Source of the DNA: Haliotis rubra
Taxonomy: Eukaryota
Direction of reading: 5' to 3'
NCBI RefSeq assembly: GCF_003918875.1
Contig: NW_025767489.1
Span: 434,001 to 498,000, forward strand
Length of the DNA: 64,000 nucleotides
Shown: positions 32,902 to 47,600 of the stretch, piece after piece
Layout of the letters: each line of letters opens with the position of its first letter
Position numbering within the stretch: the first letter of the stretch is position 1
The notes under the pieces: model-generated
The model's database searches: none
Told to the model about the DNA's origin: nothing
The model's input: only the letters and a program-made list of their open reading frames with translations
Made by a program: the position numbers and the translations under genes

Positions 32902-34187
32902 TGGATGATTTCGAGAAGAGGAAGTTGATTTTAGAGTATAATAACAAGGACATAAGATCAGCTTAAGTGATTTCAAGTAGAACAGGCATCCCTTTTGTCC
33001 ACTGTTTATCGTGTTTTGAAAAATATTGCAAATGGATATGGCATTGAGAACCAGGGAGGCGCAGGTAGGCCCAGAAAATTGACTGTCGGTGACAGGAGGC
33101 GGCTTGGTATTCTTGTTTCTGAAAACAAACGAAGTAGTTTATACTCCTAGGCCAAATTTAGAGATAACATCATTATCAGGTAATATGATACACCAGGCCT
33201 TATCACCCATACTGCATATCCTGATCATGTTGAAGATCAGTGCTTGTCATCGTCCCCTGCGGTTAATACTCATGAAGTTGTTCTATGAACATGTGGACAC
33301 TGTTTCAACAGCGGGGTAAACCTTGTTTGTTTTAGTAAATCTCTGGAGGTGGGAGTTGTCATACCAATTACTGGATAACGCTTTTACTACTGCTGAGAGA
33401 TCCTAAAAGATAGGGACTTTTCTAACATTTGGCCTAGGACTGTTTAGAAAACTTAAGGCTGGATATGATTGATAGAGGAACTGTGGCTGTCTGTAAGGAG
33501 ACAATTAGAACTGAGCTGCATGCAATGGTTTGGCAGAAAAGTCGAGGAATTCCATCACCAATCATGAAACCTGAACAAAAGGAGCGAAGGTTGAACTGGT
33601 GCTTACAGCATAGAAATTTTAACTGGGACAATGTGATTTTCTCAGATGAAAGTTCTGTATGGCTGTTTCCTAATACACTGAAATCCTGGACCAAACAAAC
33701 TGAAAAACCTTTGTATCAGCGCCCAAAGTATAGTCCTAAATTTAACGGGTGGGGTGGCATATCTGTGTTAGGGGCAACGCCCCTCTGTGTATTTGAAGGG
33801 AATATGAACAGTGAGCGGTACACAGATATTCTCGAGGGACATTTACTTCCATCTGATCACCAGTTCTATGGACATTTGTGGATTTTCCAGCAGGGCAACG
33901 ACCCAAAACATCGTTCAAAGCATTCACAGGCCTGGTTTCGGACCCAAAATATGACATTATTAGATTGGCCAAGGTATATCCCTGACCTAAATCCAATAGA
34001 AAATGTTTGGGAACTTATGAAGGAAAATGTCAATAAGAAAAATCTGACAAATATTGCTGAAATGAAAGAAGAGGTGGTCCGATATTGGGACAGCATGGAC
34101 CACGACTTTCTAACTTCTTTGATCAGTAGTATGCCCCGCCGCATTGAAGCCTGCATTGCTGCCTATGGTGACTTGACAAAATGCTAA
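32902..34187 (+). pseudogene. Disrupted Tc1 transposase
   Basis: The N-terminal region has a stop, a frameshift and a 301-bp insertion; the 240-aa ORF 33465-34187 covers the catalytic domain, but the second Asp is mutated (FQQGNDPKH versus the FQQDNDPKH consensus). Confidence 0.85.
33142..33442. mobile_element. Non-autonomous TIR element nested in the Tc1 transposase gene
   Basis: TIRs TCCTAGGCCAAAT(T/GT)TAGA; TTTA duplicated at 33138-33141 and 33443-33446; removing it restores the frame ..KRSSLENLRLDMIDRG.. Confidence 0.8.
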
Positions 34188-34699
34188 CTGTTCACCTGTC
34201 TTTGAATCTGGAGTTATGTTCTGCTAATATTCACATTTAATACGTGAGTAATGAGTGAAAATTTAAAAGAAAATTACAATCTTAAATTCTCAATAATTTC
34301 TGGTTGTACTGTACGTGTCCACTTGTATAAAACAACTGACGTTACAGGTGCGACACATACCGAACTATATAGCCATATAGCCGTGAATACACAATACCGT
34401 ACAGTATACCTCACTATCCACGGTACCAGTTCTACTGGAGAGGAGTTGGGTGGGCGTACAACGGATTCTGTACAACCTGATTCATCAGGATGTGTGTATA
34501 TGCGTCTGACTGCATGTCCGTTGTCCGTTTACTCTTCCGTCAGTCTCAAATGTTCTTTACACGCTGTGACAAGACACGGGCAAACAGCAGACCTTGGTAC
34601 CTGGGAGACTGTATCAGTACATTGTCAAACAGTTAAGACGAAAACACTCTCAGTTACTGTCACAACCAGTAATTATTGCGCTGTATGACTGTCTTAAAG

Positions 34700-35750
34700 G
34701 TTACACAGTCAGCTGTCGTGAGCGTTGTCACTGTTACATAGCCTGCAGCTCTAGATATAACAACCAGGGCCACATAGTCGCCTATTGATGTGCAATGGAG
34801 TCTAACAATGTTAAACATCCCGACAGCTCTAGATATAACACACACGGTCACATAGTCGCCTATTGATGTGCCATTGACACTGTCACTGTTACACAGCCCG
34901 GCAGCCCTAGATATAACATACACGGCCACATAGTCGCCTATTGCTGTGCTATTGACACTGCCACTGGTATACAGTCCGGCAGCCTTAGATATAACACACA
35001 CGGTCACATAGTCGCCTATTGATGTGCCATTGACACTGTCACTGTTACACAGCCCGGCAGCCCTAGATATAACACACACGGTCACATAGTTGCCTATTGA
35101 TGTGCCATGGAGACTGTCACTGGTATACAGTCCGGCAGCCCAAGATATAACATACACGGCCACATAGTCGCCTATTGCTGTGCTATTGACACTGCCACTG
35201 GTATACAGTCCGGCAGCCTTAGATATAACACACACGGTCACATAGTCCCCTATTGAAGTGCCATGGAGACTGTCACTGTTACCCAGCCCGGCAGACCTAG
35301 ATATAACACACACGGTCACATAGTCGCCTATTGAAGTGCCATGGAGACTGTCACTGTTACCCAGCCCGGCAGCCCTAGATATAACACACACGGTCACATA
35401 GTCGCCTATTGATGTGCAATGGAGTCTAACAATGTTACACAGCCCGGCAGCCCTAGATATAACACACACGGTCACATAGTCGCCTATTGAAGTGCCAAGG
35501 AAATTGTCACTGTTACACAGCCTGGCAGCCCTAGATATAACACACACGGTCACATAGTCGCCTATTGAAGTGCCAAGGAGACTGTCACTGTTACACAGCC
35601 TGGCAGCTCTAGATATAACACACACGGTCACATAGTCGCCTATTGATGTGCCATTGACACTGCCACTGGTATACAGTCCGGCAGCCCTAGATATAACACA
35701 CACGGTCACACAGTCAACTATCGTTGTTCCGGGTAGACTGTCGCTGTTAC
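34700..35750. repeat. 78-bp minisatellite, about 13 copies
   Basis: Unit TAGATATAACACACACGGTCACATAGTCGCCTATTGATGTGCCATGGAGACTGTCACTGTTACACAGCCCGGCAGCCC. Confidence 0.92.
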
Positions 35751-36142
35751 GGAAAACATCATATTTATGTTCTGAGATTTCATCAAAGGTGTGTCGTTTG
35801 CAATAAGTTGTTGTTGTGTTCAAACCACGTCCTTGCGTTCCTGTCACCGCACAGTATGACCTCACAGTTCGTGACTGAATGTTCTATCAGCCACTGATCT
35901 ACTACCTCGACTGTTGTTGCGTTGTCTCCTGTTGCATGCAACGTTGAGCCAGTGGGGGAAACATACATTGCTTTTAAGATGATATCGCCACAAAAATGTA
36001 CTAGCGATGTACAGATTTGATCATACCACATTATGAAAAACAACTGACACCTGTTGACAGTAAGCAGCTACTGAATTGTTCATCAGCACGTTTACACAGC
36101 CAGATAATCTAACACCCTTAGGCAGTCTGATGTAGGATAGAA

Positions 36143-36520
36143 ACCAGATGGATACCAGATGGATACCTGATAGATACCAGATCGATACCAGATCGATACC
36201 AGACGGATACCAGATGGATACCAGATGGATACCAGATGGATACCAGACGGATACCAGATGGATAACTGATGGATACCAGATGGATACCAGATGGATACCA
36301 GATGGATACCAGATGGATACCAGATCTATACCAGATGGATACCAGATGGATACCAGATGGATACCAGATGGATACCAGATGGATACCAGATCTATACCAG
36401 ATGGATACCAGATCGATACCAGAAGGATACCAGATCGATACCAGATGGATACCAGATGGATACCAGATCGATACCAGATGGGTACCATATGGATACCAGA
36501 TGGATACCAGATGGATGCCA
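36143..36520. repeat. 11-bp tandem repeat (GATACCAGATG)n, about 34 copies
   Basis: Direct reading. Confidence 0.95.
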
Positions 36521-37950
36521 GGTTTTCAAGAAAGGTTTCAGTCAGACAAACTATGCCAAAATTCGTTTCATTATATAACTAATAAAGTCTGCATCATCGA
36601 GGTTTGAAAAAAGACCCCCAATATTCCAGTTTTAGAAGGAGAAATCATCGCTAGAATAGTCTGCACCTGGTAGGTTAGCTAGATTACCTCGGTTGCTACT
36701 CTGGTCCGAGCAGTGTCCCTGGGGGGTCGCATCTTCAGCCCAGTGGGGAAAAACACATTGCTTTAAGTTTCATATGACATCGAGATTCTTTTAAATATGA
36801 ATAAAAATATATTGAGATAGTTAGACAAAAGTGTGTTTTATTGCGATAAGATGTGCCTACTTTGACAGTGTGTGGGTGTCAAGTAGAGAACAAGAATATA
36901 TACCGTTTTCACTTTAGAAGTAATAAACAACTAAAATATGAAAATCACAGACATCACAGTTCAATACTGGAAGCAATCAGAGCTCCATATGATCTGTGTC
37001 TTTCTGAAAAATACACGACTGAAATCACCATTACCCTAAAATAGTTTTCTTTCTGATGTTTCTAACATCGTTAACAGACTACAACGTGTCCAGATTTCTG
37101 CAGCCAGGATTGTCACTCTCTCTGTCTAGTTATTATGAGCTTTCATTGGCTTCTTCTACAATACAGAATTGTATTCACTGTTCTAAGTTTAACTTTCCAG
37201 TGTTAATCGGTACTGCACCTTGCTATTTGAGGGACTATCCTTCTTCACGCAACATGAGATCGCACTGTCGTCAGCGTCTCTATGTACCAGAAGTTAAACC
37301 TTCTCGGTCGTGGTCAACTCGCCTTTGTTTTTGCAGCAACACACGAGGGTAACTGTGTTCCTCTTGACGTTAAATCTTCAAGCTCCCTTCAGATCTTTAA
37401 GTCTCGCTTCAAAACATTCGACGTGCTTATGCTGATGAAATCTCCAACTGAACCTTTTGGTGCGCTACCAACATACATTGTGCATGGCGATATGTACTGT
37501 AATTATCACAAATAGTTTGTTGCTCGCGTACTGATACGTACTGATAGACCGAAACAGTTAGGCATAATTACTCTAGGTATCCTTTTTAGCTTGTGCTTTC
37601 TTAACATAGCTTTATTGGCTGACGGATACAGGCAACCCGTTCCATGAAGTCAGCTGCAGTGAATACTGCATGAAACCGGTCGTCTCGCTCTCTACTCTTT
37701 TACCATACTAGATCCAAGAGAGTAAAACCATATAAAAGACACAACGCAAGATATCAATACCCAGTGAGAAAGGAAACACGTGATAAAATATTTAAAAGAT
37801 CAAAACTTTATGGAGAGCCCATGAAACCGGGAATTTTGTCATTTCAATGACAACACAGCTCCAGCGACTAGAATACGAAATAGTGGTCTTCTAAATGACT
37901 GAATGTGGTCTCTTCAATGTCACCATCGTATGGAGCTGCAGTGCCAGGCA

Positions 37951-40243
<2,293 letters not shown>

Positions 40244-40297
40244 TTTGATAGAATAGTGTAGGAGCAAGTATTGTTCCTTGTTGCACGCCGGCTGGGG

Positions 40298-40384
40298 ACT
40301 GAATGACTCTGCATCCTCCACAGCTGTATTTATGTGCGCCGATCAAAGCACTTCTCGGGAGCCAACCACAGCTTCCTTATAAGG
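40298..40384 (-). promoter_or_regulatory. Actin G core promoter (CArG 40375-40384, CATAAATA 40327-40334, Inr-like)
   Basis: Intact and homologous to the A and B promoters. Confidence 0.72.
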
Positions 40385-40574
40385 CAATATTATGCTACAT
40401 ATTGTGGAACGTGACAATAGCTGCACAAGTCTTCCGGGTATGGGGCAAGGGTGGGGAAACAAGAAAGAAGAGGGTCTCGTCTCAGTGATATCATGGTTCG
40501 ATACAGGAGGGATGTTGCAGTGTCGGGAACGCAACTCATGATGTTGTGGTTGCATTACATTGTCTCTGTTAACG

Positions 40575-40808
40575 TTGGTTTGTAGTTTAACGCCGTACTC
40601 AGCAATATTCCAAATACGAGTATATGGCTGCCGTCTGGAACGAATGGAGTCTGGACCAGACAATCCAGTGATCGACAGCATTACCATCCATCTACGCATT
40701 TGGGATACGATGACATGTGTCAACCAAGTCAGCGAACTTGACCACCCGATCCCGTTAGTCGCAAGCACGGTTTGAGGAAAACCGATTCTAACTGGGCTTC
40801 TTCATGGG
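40575..40808 (-). mobile_element. SINE family 1 copy
   Basis: GTTTAACGCCGTACTCAGCAATATTCC...CAACCAAGTCAGCGAACTTGACCACCCGATCCCGTTAGTCGC...TTCATGGG. Confidence 0.85.
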
Positions 40809-42152
40809 TCAATTGTATTGTGACACACACACACGAACAGCAAGCATGTGTGTATTGGAAAACTGCAGGTGTACTGACTTTGTAGAATCCAACCGTACCA
40901 CACAAAAATACAGTGACAGGGTAGCTAAGAAATCACAACACATTATGCACAGAGGCGATTTACTAGAATCTGCTTGTCCTGTGTTTGAATCCACGATTGC
41001 CCTTATTCCTGGAATCACGTTTCTCAGGACCCGTATCACTGTAGGTGTTCCTCACACAGCAGGCTGACATTTCCCGATCCTTGGCACGAAGATCTCGTGT
41101 CGGACCCTTAGTTTCGAGTTTTATGTGTTCTTTTGGCCTTATCATTTTACATGCCCATGATATTTGTCACAATCAACTGTAATCTTGACTCGTCCTGAGG
41201 CTGCTAAAGTGTGTGAGTTCTGATGGATGCTTGACATTTCGTTTTGTATTTCCGTCAGTAAATTATTCTTCGTCCTCATACTGTGACAATACACAACTAC
41301 ACAGCAAGCCATCCTGCAAAGAAGACTCTCTGGGTTGATTGTCTGACAGTCAAGGACTGTATGTAACTTTAGACTAGACTAAATACAATAAACGGGGAAA
41401 CGCATACGTGATATTGATGTATTGATGTACGAAATTTCAAAATTTGCGTTTGATTGTTATAATTTGGCTATTTTTAGGCTGGTTTGTGTGCATGGATGAA
41501 AGGACAGCGCAAAAACGAATCTTTGGAAACTTTAATGCAAGTTAACGTTCGAAAGCGTCAAGCAACTTTTCTCAAATACCTTGTCTCATCACCTTTTCTA
41601 AAGTTGTCTATTCTTAAGTTACATACAGTTCACACGTGGTATACTGACAAGGTCCCAGCTTGCAAATGATGAGCGTAATAGCTTACCGTTAATGGACACT
41701 TTTGTCAATTCATCTGAGGCAAACACCGTTCCCGTTCGCGAACACCTGGTGTCAACAATGATTTACAGTGACCGATTCCTATAATTATTACCGCTATTTT
41801 ACATTTTCCCCAAATTGGAGATACATTGTTTCGGTGGTAAAATTCGTTATTCGTAACATCATATGTTTTATGCCTATTTTTATGTGTTGTTAATGCTAAA
41901 ACAACAACGGGTGATACGCAACACCGAGTAATATTTTTCGTAGGCCCTATGTCTGAGTTCTGTTGAAACGCATGTTTCATATTGGCTGAGCCACAAATTG
42001 CAGCGGGAGGAAACAATAGTTGAAATTATACCAATCAAATTTTACATAGGTTTTGGTGATATGAAAAAATACATCTAGTAAATTAACACTGGAATATCCC
42101 AGTGAATAATAATTGGGTCACACTTGAAAGACTTCAGCTTTTTGAGGGAAGG

Positions 42153-42280
42153 TGGGGTAGCCACCAAAGCGTTCACTCGTTGCGCCGAAGATCCGGGTTC
42201 GATTCCCCACATGAGTGACGCCGGTTTCTGGTGTCCCCCTCTTGCTAAAAGCGGCATGAAACTAAATTCACTTACTCAGC
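42153..42280 (+). mobile_element. Short, internally deleted tRNA-derived SINE
   Basis: GGGGTAGCC..AAAGCGTTCACTCG..CCGAAGATCCGGGTTCGATTCCCC head; GCTAAAAGCGGC..AAACTAAATTCACTTACTCA tail. Confidence 0.7.
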
Positions 42281-42574
42281 ATCATGATACATGACGTGCA
42301 CGAGGTTCTTGAAAATGTTTGTTTGGATGCATGTCGATAGAATCTTTGCACTTCATTATCAGAGGACTACAACTTTGGCAACTAAGGATTGAGTCACTGA
42401 ATGCACGTATGGCCCATCAGCATCAAAGATGATAGAAGATGCATACGTTTGCTTGAATGTGGGTCTACAATACGTCACTTTGCAAACGTCTCTGGGATCA
42501 GCCAAAGTGTGATCAGCAGGACACTGAGTCAGTACCAGATGTTTGGATCAGCCATCCAGTGATACACATATGGT

Positions 42575-43323
42575 GGGCAGCCATCCACCAAACAACAGCA
42601 AGGCAGGCGTCTCCAGACTGCAGAAAGACTTCTTCACTTTGTGGTCCCTAGTATGGTGATCTACCTTCTGTTGTTGGCAATCCATAGCCTGGTTTTGTAT
42701 TGTATTGTTCTCTTTAAAAGTATCGTTTTATGACATGCTTGGTTTACTTGAATATCTGTGATACACTGGTAGTTGTACTGTTCTTCGTCAACAGACTTTT
42801 AATTTCTACTTTTATTGTTCTGTAATGCAATAATTAATTGTTCTCGTCACGATAGGGCGGAAATATTGCGGATGTGACGATCAATATTAACTCACTCACA
42901 CTCATCATTGTGACTGTCACTACAGTCAGGCTTTGTGAAAACCTCGATGTAACGAGATGATTTGTTGGAGAATACACACTTATCAAAGTTATATTATTGA
43001 TAAGGTTATCTTTGGTGTTGATGGTGGTTCGTCATCCTCTTTGGAAACGTTTCCAATAAAGCTTAGTTTGACATCTGGTATTAATAAACCTTTATCTGGC
43101 TAAAAACGAAGTGTCCACTCCTCCATAAGTCCGGAAAGGAAGAAACAGATCGTCAGGTTTAAGCCAATCGAACATTCGTGAGACGACCTCGAGAGACGAC
43201 TACGACAACAACAACCCCATCCACACACTGAAGGTAGATCACTATACTAGGGATCACCAAGTGATGAAGTCTTTCTGCAGTCTGGAGACGTCTGCCTTAC
43301 CGTTGTTTGGTGGAAGGCTGCCC
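42575..43323. mobile_element. Element bounded by about 95-bp inverted repeats (foldback or MITE-like)
   Basis: 42575-42668 (GGGCAGCC..CTCCAGACTGCAGAAAGACTTC..GATCTACCTTC) is the reverse complement of 43230-43323. Confidence 0.75.
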
Positions 43324-43573
43324 GTAGTTGATGTTACCATTGCATTATCATTATCTTTGATTGCGTCCATGGGAAGAAGGTGTCAGGCAGGTCTCGATGC
43401 TCTGGGTGGACATACACGTTATTGATAACCGGTGACCATGTCCTTGTTACCTTCACCTGACACAGGCTTGGTTCAACTGAAGACTGTGTACAATTTGGAC
43501 TTTCTTTCTGGTGTCATTCCAGAATTAAATATCATTTCCAAAATCACCAAAATATGCTTTTGTGCTTTTCAAT

Positions 43574-43591
43574 GAGAAGAGAGAGAGAGAG

Positions 43592-43646
<55 letters not shown>
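43574..43646. repeat. (AG)n(TG)n microsatellite
   Basis: Direct reading. Confidence 0.95.
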
Positions 43647-43649
<3 letters not shown>

Positions 43650-44427
43650 CGCGCGATTATACTGTATGTGAATAGAGTTCACGAGCTAGTTGTGTCGTCA
43701 TCCCTTGTGGGACCAATTACTAATGGTATGCGTTGGATCCCCACCCCACCCCCATGTTGTCTTACTAATCACCACGATGTGGTGTACCTATAACAATCAA
43801 GGTGATGGACAAGTGAGGCACTTGATAACCAATAAACCGCCTGGAGCCCTTGGTTGTGTATTTAATGATGTTTTCTTATTTTAAAAGAATTACACTCTAG
43901 TGCAGGTACATTTATGCAGTCACTTTAATGAAAGCTTGCACAGCTTGAACGAGATGTACACACCTTGTGAGTCTAGTTGTAAAAAGGTTGACATTTCAAC
44001 TATGATAAGGAATTGATTTAGAATTATTTAGATGATACAGTGTGGGACTTGTCCCAGATGTTTTTGTGTTCTTGCCTTTAAGTATTGTCAATATTTAAAC
44101 ATGGCAGTTACACTTAAAATGACATTTTAGGCCGTTAAACAGTCGTTTCTGAATAGATCGCTATGGATTTTGGCATGTGCTTTTCAAATAAGGCATACAT
44201 CTGTGTGTCAGATATGACCAGAAACAAACCACCTGCTGCCCTCGATTCTGTTCCACACAAGGAATGCCTGTCAGGGAATAAACAGTCATGTCTGTTTGTA
44301 TGCCACTACATGACTGGGTTATGGATTTCCCCATGCTGGAATCTAAGTATGTAAATTATCCGAATCAGAAATAGTTTTGTCTGTGGGACATAACCCCAAA
44401 CAAACTATCTCCTGCCCTCGATCCTTT

Positions 44428-44436
44428 GAAGAAGAA

Positions 44437-44496
<60 letters not shown>

Positions 44497-44501
44497 GAAG
44501 A
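44428..44501. repeat. (GAA)(GAT)n microsatellite
   Basis: Direct reading. Confidence 0.95.
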
Positions 44502-44629
44502 GGTTAAGTCAGTATAAAAGTCACAGGCCCAAGTACATTCCATAACAAACAATAAATACATACAGCGTGGTGGTGGTATGAAAGTTGTTCAGATGAAGGG
44601 TACACTTTCATAATAGTGACTCTAATAAA

Positions 44630-47600
44630 TTGCACTCACTCCAACAACATCCTGCAACTCCAATAAAATCTTGCACTGACTCCCCTAACATCTTGCACTA
44701 ACTACCTTCACATCTTGCACTAACTCCCTTCACATCTTGCATTAACTCCCTTTTCATCTTGCACTAACTCCGACAACATCTTGCACTCCCTCACATCTTG
44801 CACAAACTCCCTACACATCCTGCACTAACTCCGACAACATCTTGCACTAACTTTAACAACATCTTGCACTAACTCCCTTAACATCTTGCCCTAACTCCCA
44901 TATCATCTTGCAGTAACTCCTTCACATCTTGCACTAACTCCCTTCACAACTTGAAGTAACTCCTTCACATCTTGCACGGACTCCGACAACATATTGCACT
45001 CACTCCAACAACATCCTGCAACTCCCATAAAATCTTGCAGTAACTCCCATATCATCTTGCACTGACTCCTTTAACATCTTGCAGTAACTCCTTCACATCT
45101 TGCAGTAACTCCTTTAACATCTTGCACTAACTCCCCTAACATCTTGCAGTAACTACCTTCACATCTTGCACTGACTCCTTTAACATCTTGCACTAACTCC
45201 CTTCACATCTTGCACTGACTCCCTTCACATCTTGCAGTAACTCCCTTAACATCTTGCACTGACTCCCCTAACATCTTGCACTAACTCCCTTCACATCTTG
45301 CACTGACTCCTTTAACATCTTGCAGTAACTCCTTCACATCTTGCACTGACTCCCCTAACATCTTGCACTAACTCCCTTCACATCTTGCACTGACTCCTTT
45401 AACATCTTGCACTAACTCCCTTCACATCTTGCAGTAACTCCTTTAACATCTTGCACTAACTCCCCTAACATCTTGCACTTACTACCTTCACATCTTGCAC
45501 TGACTCCTTTAACATCTTGCACTCAACTCCCTTCACATCTTGCACTGACTCCTTTAACATCTTGCACTAACTCCCTTCACATCTTGCACTAACTCCCTTC
45601 ACATCTTGCAGTAACTCCCTTAACATCTTGCACTGACTCCCCTAACATCTTGCATTAACTCCCTTCTCATCTTGCACTAACTCCTTCACATTTTGCTCTA
45701 ACTCCTTCACGTCCTGCAACTAACTCCTTCACGTCCTGCACTAACTCCGACAACATCTTGCACTAACTTTAACAACATCTTGCACTAACTCCCTTAACAT
45801 CTTGCCCTAACTCCCATATCATCAGTAACTCCTTCACATCTTGCACTAACTCCCTTCACAACTTGAAGTAACTCCTTCACATCTTGCACGGACTCCGACA
45901 ACATATTGCACTCACTCCAACAACATCCTGCAACTCCCATAAAATCTTGCAGTAACTCCCATATCATCTTGCACTGACTCCTTTAACATCTTGCAGTAAC
46001 TCCTTCACATCTTGCAGTAACTCCTTTAACATCTTGCACTAACTCCCCTAACATCTTGCAGTAACTACCTTCACATCTTGCACTGACTCCTTTAACATCT
46101 TGCACTAACTCCCCCTTCACATCTTGCACTGACTCCCTTCACATCTTGCAGTAACTCCCTTAACATCTTGCACTGACTCCCCTAACATCCTGCACTAACT
46201 CCCTTCACATCTTGCACTGACTCCTTTAACATCTTGCAGTAACTCCTTCACATCTTGCACTGACTCCCCTAACATCTTGCACTAACTCCCTTCACATCTT
46301 GCACTGACTCCTTTAACATCTTGCACTAACTCCCTTCACATCTTGCAGTAACTCCTTTAACATCTTGCACTAACTCCCTAACATCTTGCACTTACTACCT
46401 TCACATCTTGCACTGACTCCTTTAACATCTTGCACTAACTCCCTTCACATCTTGCACTGACTCCTTTAACATCTTGCATTAACTCCCTTCTCATCTTGCA
46501 CTAACTCCTTCACATTTTGCTCTAACTCCTTCACGTCCTGCAACTAACTCCTTCACGTCCTGCAACTAACTCCTTCACGTCCTGCACTAACTCCTTCACA
46601 TCTTGCACTAACTCCTTTACATCTTGCATTAACTCCATTCACGTCTTGCTGTAACTCCTTCACATCTTGCACTAACTCCTTCACATTTTGCTCTAACTCC
46701 TTCACGTCCTGCAACTAACTCCTTCACGTCCTGCACTAACTCCTTCACGTCCTGCACTCAACTCCTTCACATCTTGCACCAACTCCCTTTTACATCTTGC
46801 ATTAACCCATTCATGTCTTGCTGTAACTCTCTTCACATCTTGCACTAACTCCCTTCACATTTTGCAGTAACTCCTTCACGTCCTGCACTCAACTCCTTTC
46901 ACGTCCTGCACTAACTCCTTCACGTCCTGCACTAACTCCTTCACGTCCTGCAATGAACTCCTTCACATCTTGCACTAACTCCTTTTTACATCTTGCAGTA
47001 ACTCCTTCACATCTTGCACTGACTCCTTTAACATCTTGCACTAACTCCCTTCACATCTTGCACTAACTCCCTTCACATCTTGCAGTAACTCCCTTAACAT
47101 CTTGCACTGACTCCCCTAACATCTTGCACTAACTACCTTCACATCTTGCACTAACTCCCTTCACATCTTGCATTAACTCCCTTCTCATCTTGCACTCCAA
47201 CTCCTTCACATTTTGCTCTAACTCCTTCACGTCCTGCAACTAATTCTTCACGTCCTGCACTAACTCCTTCACGTCCTGCACCCAACTCCTTTCAACATCT
47301 TGCACTAACTCCTTTACATCTTGCATTAACTCCATTCACGTCTTGCTGTAACTCCCTTCACATCTTGCACTAACTCCTTCACATTTTGTTTCTAACTCCT
47401 TCACGTCCTGCAACTAACTCCTTCACGTCCTGCACTAACTCCTCACGTCCTGCACCAACTCCTTCACATCTTGCACTCAACTCCTTTTACATCTTGCATT
47501 AACTCCATTCATGTCTTGCTGTAACTCCTCTTCACATCTTGCACCAACTCTTCACATTTTGCAGTAACTCCTTCACGTCCTGCACTAACTCCTTCACGTC

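Larger units (their letters stand above)
32721..34311 (+). mobile_element. Tc1/mariner (DD34E-type) DNA transposon, inactive
   Basis: About 28-bp TIRs CAGTA(TG/CA)ACCAGAAATTATTGAGAATTT, TA TSD at 32719-20 and 34312-13; transposase motifs GRPRK, VIFSDES, FQQGNDPKH, DLNPIENVW. Confidence 0.93.

Noticed and set aside
33465-34187. Domesticated or active transposase
   Set aside because: DNA-binding region disrupted and second catalytic Asp mutated to Gly
34660-35865. 401-aa ORF of 26-aa repeats
   Set aside because: Arises from the 78-bp (multiple of 3) minisatellite; the homologous 23-kb array has frame-breaking unit lengths; no ATG start or splice evidence
36021-36607. MDTRWIPDGYQ repeat ORFs
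   Set aside because: An 11-bp tandem repeat read in several frames
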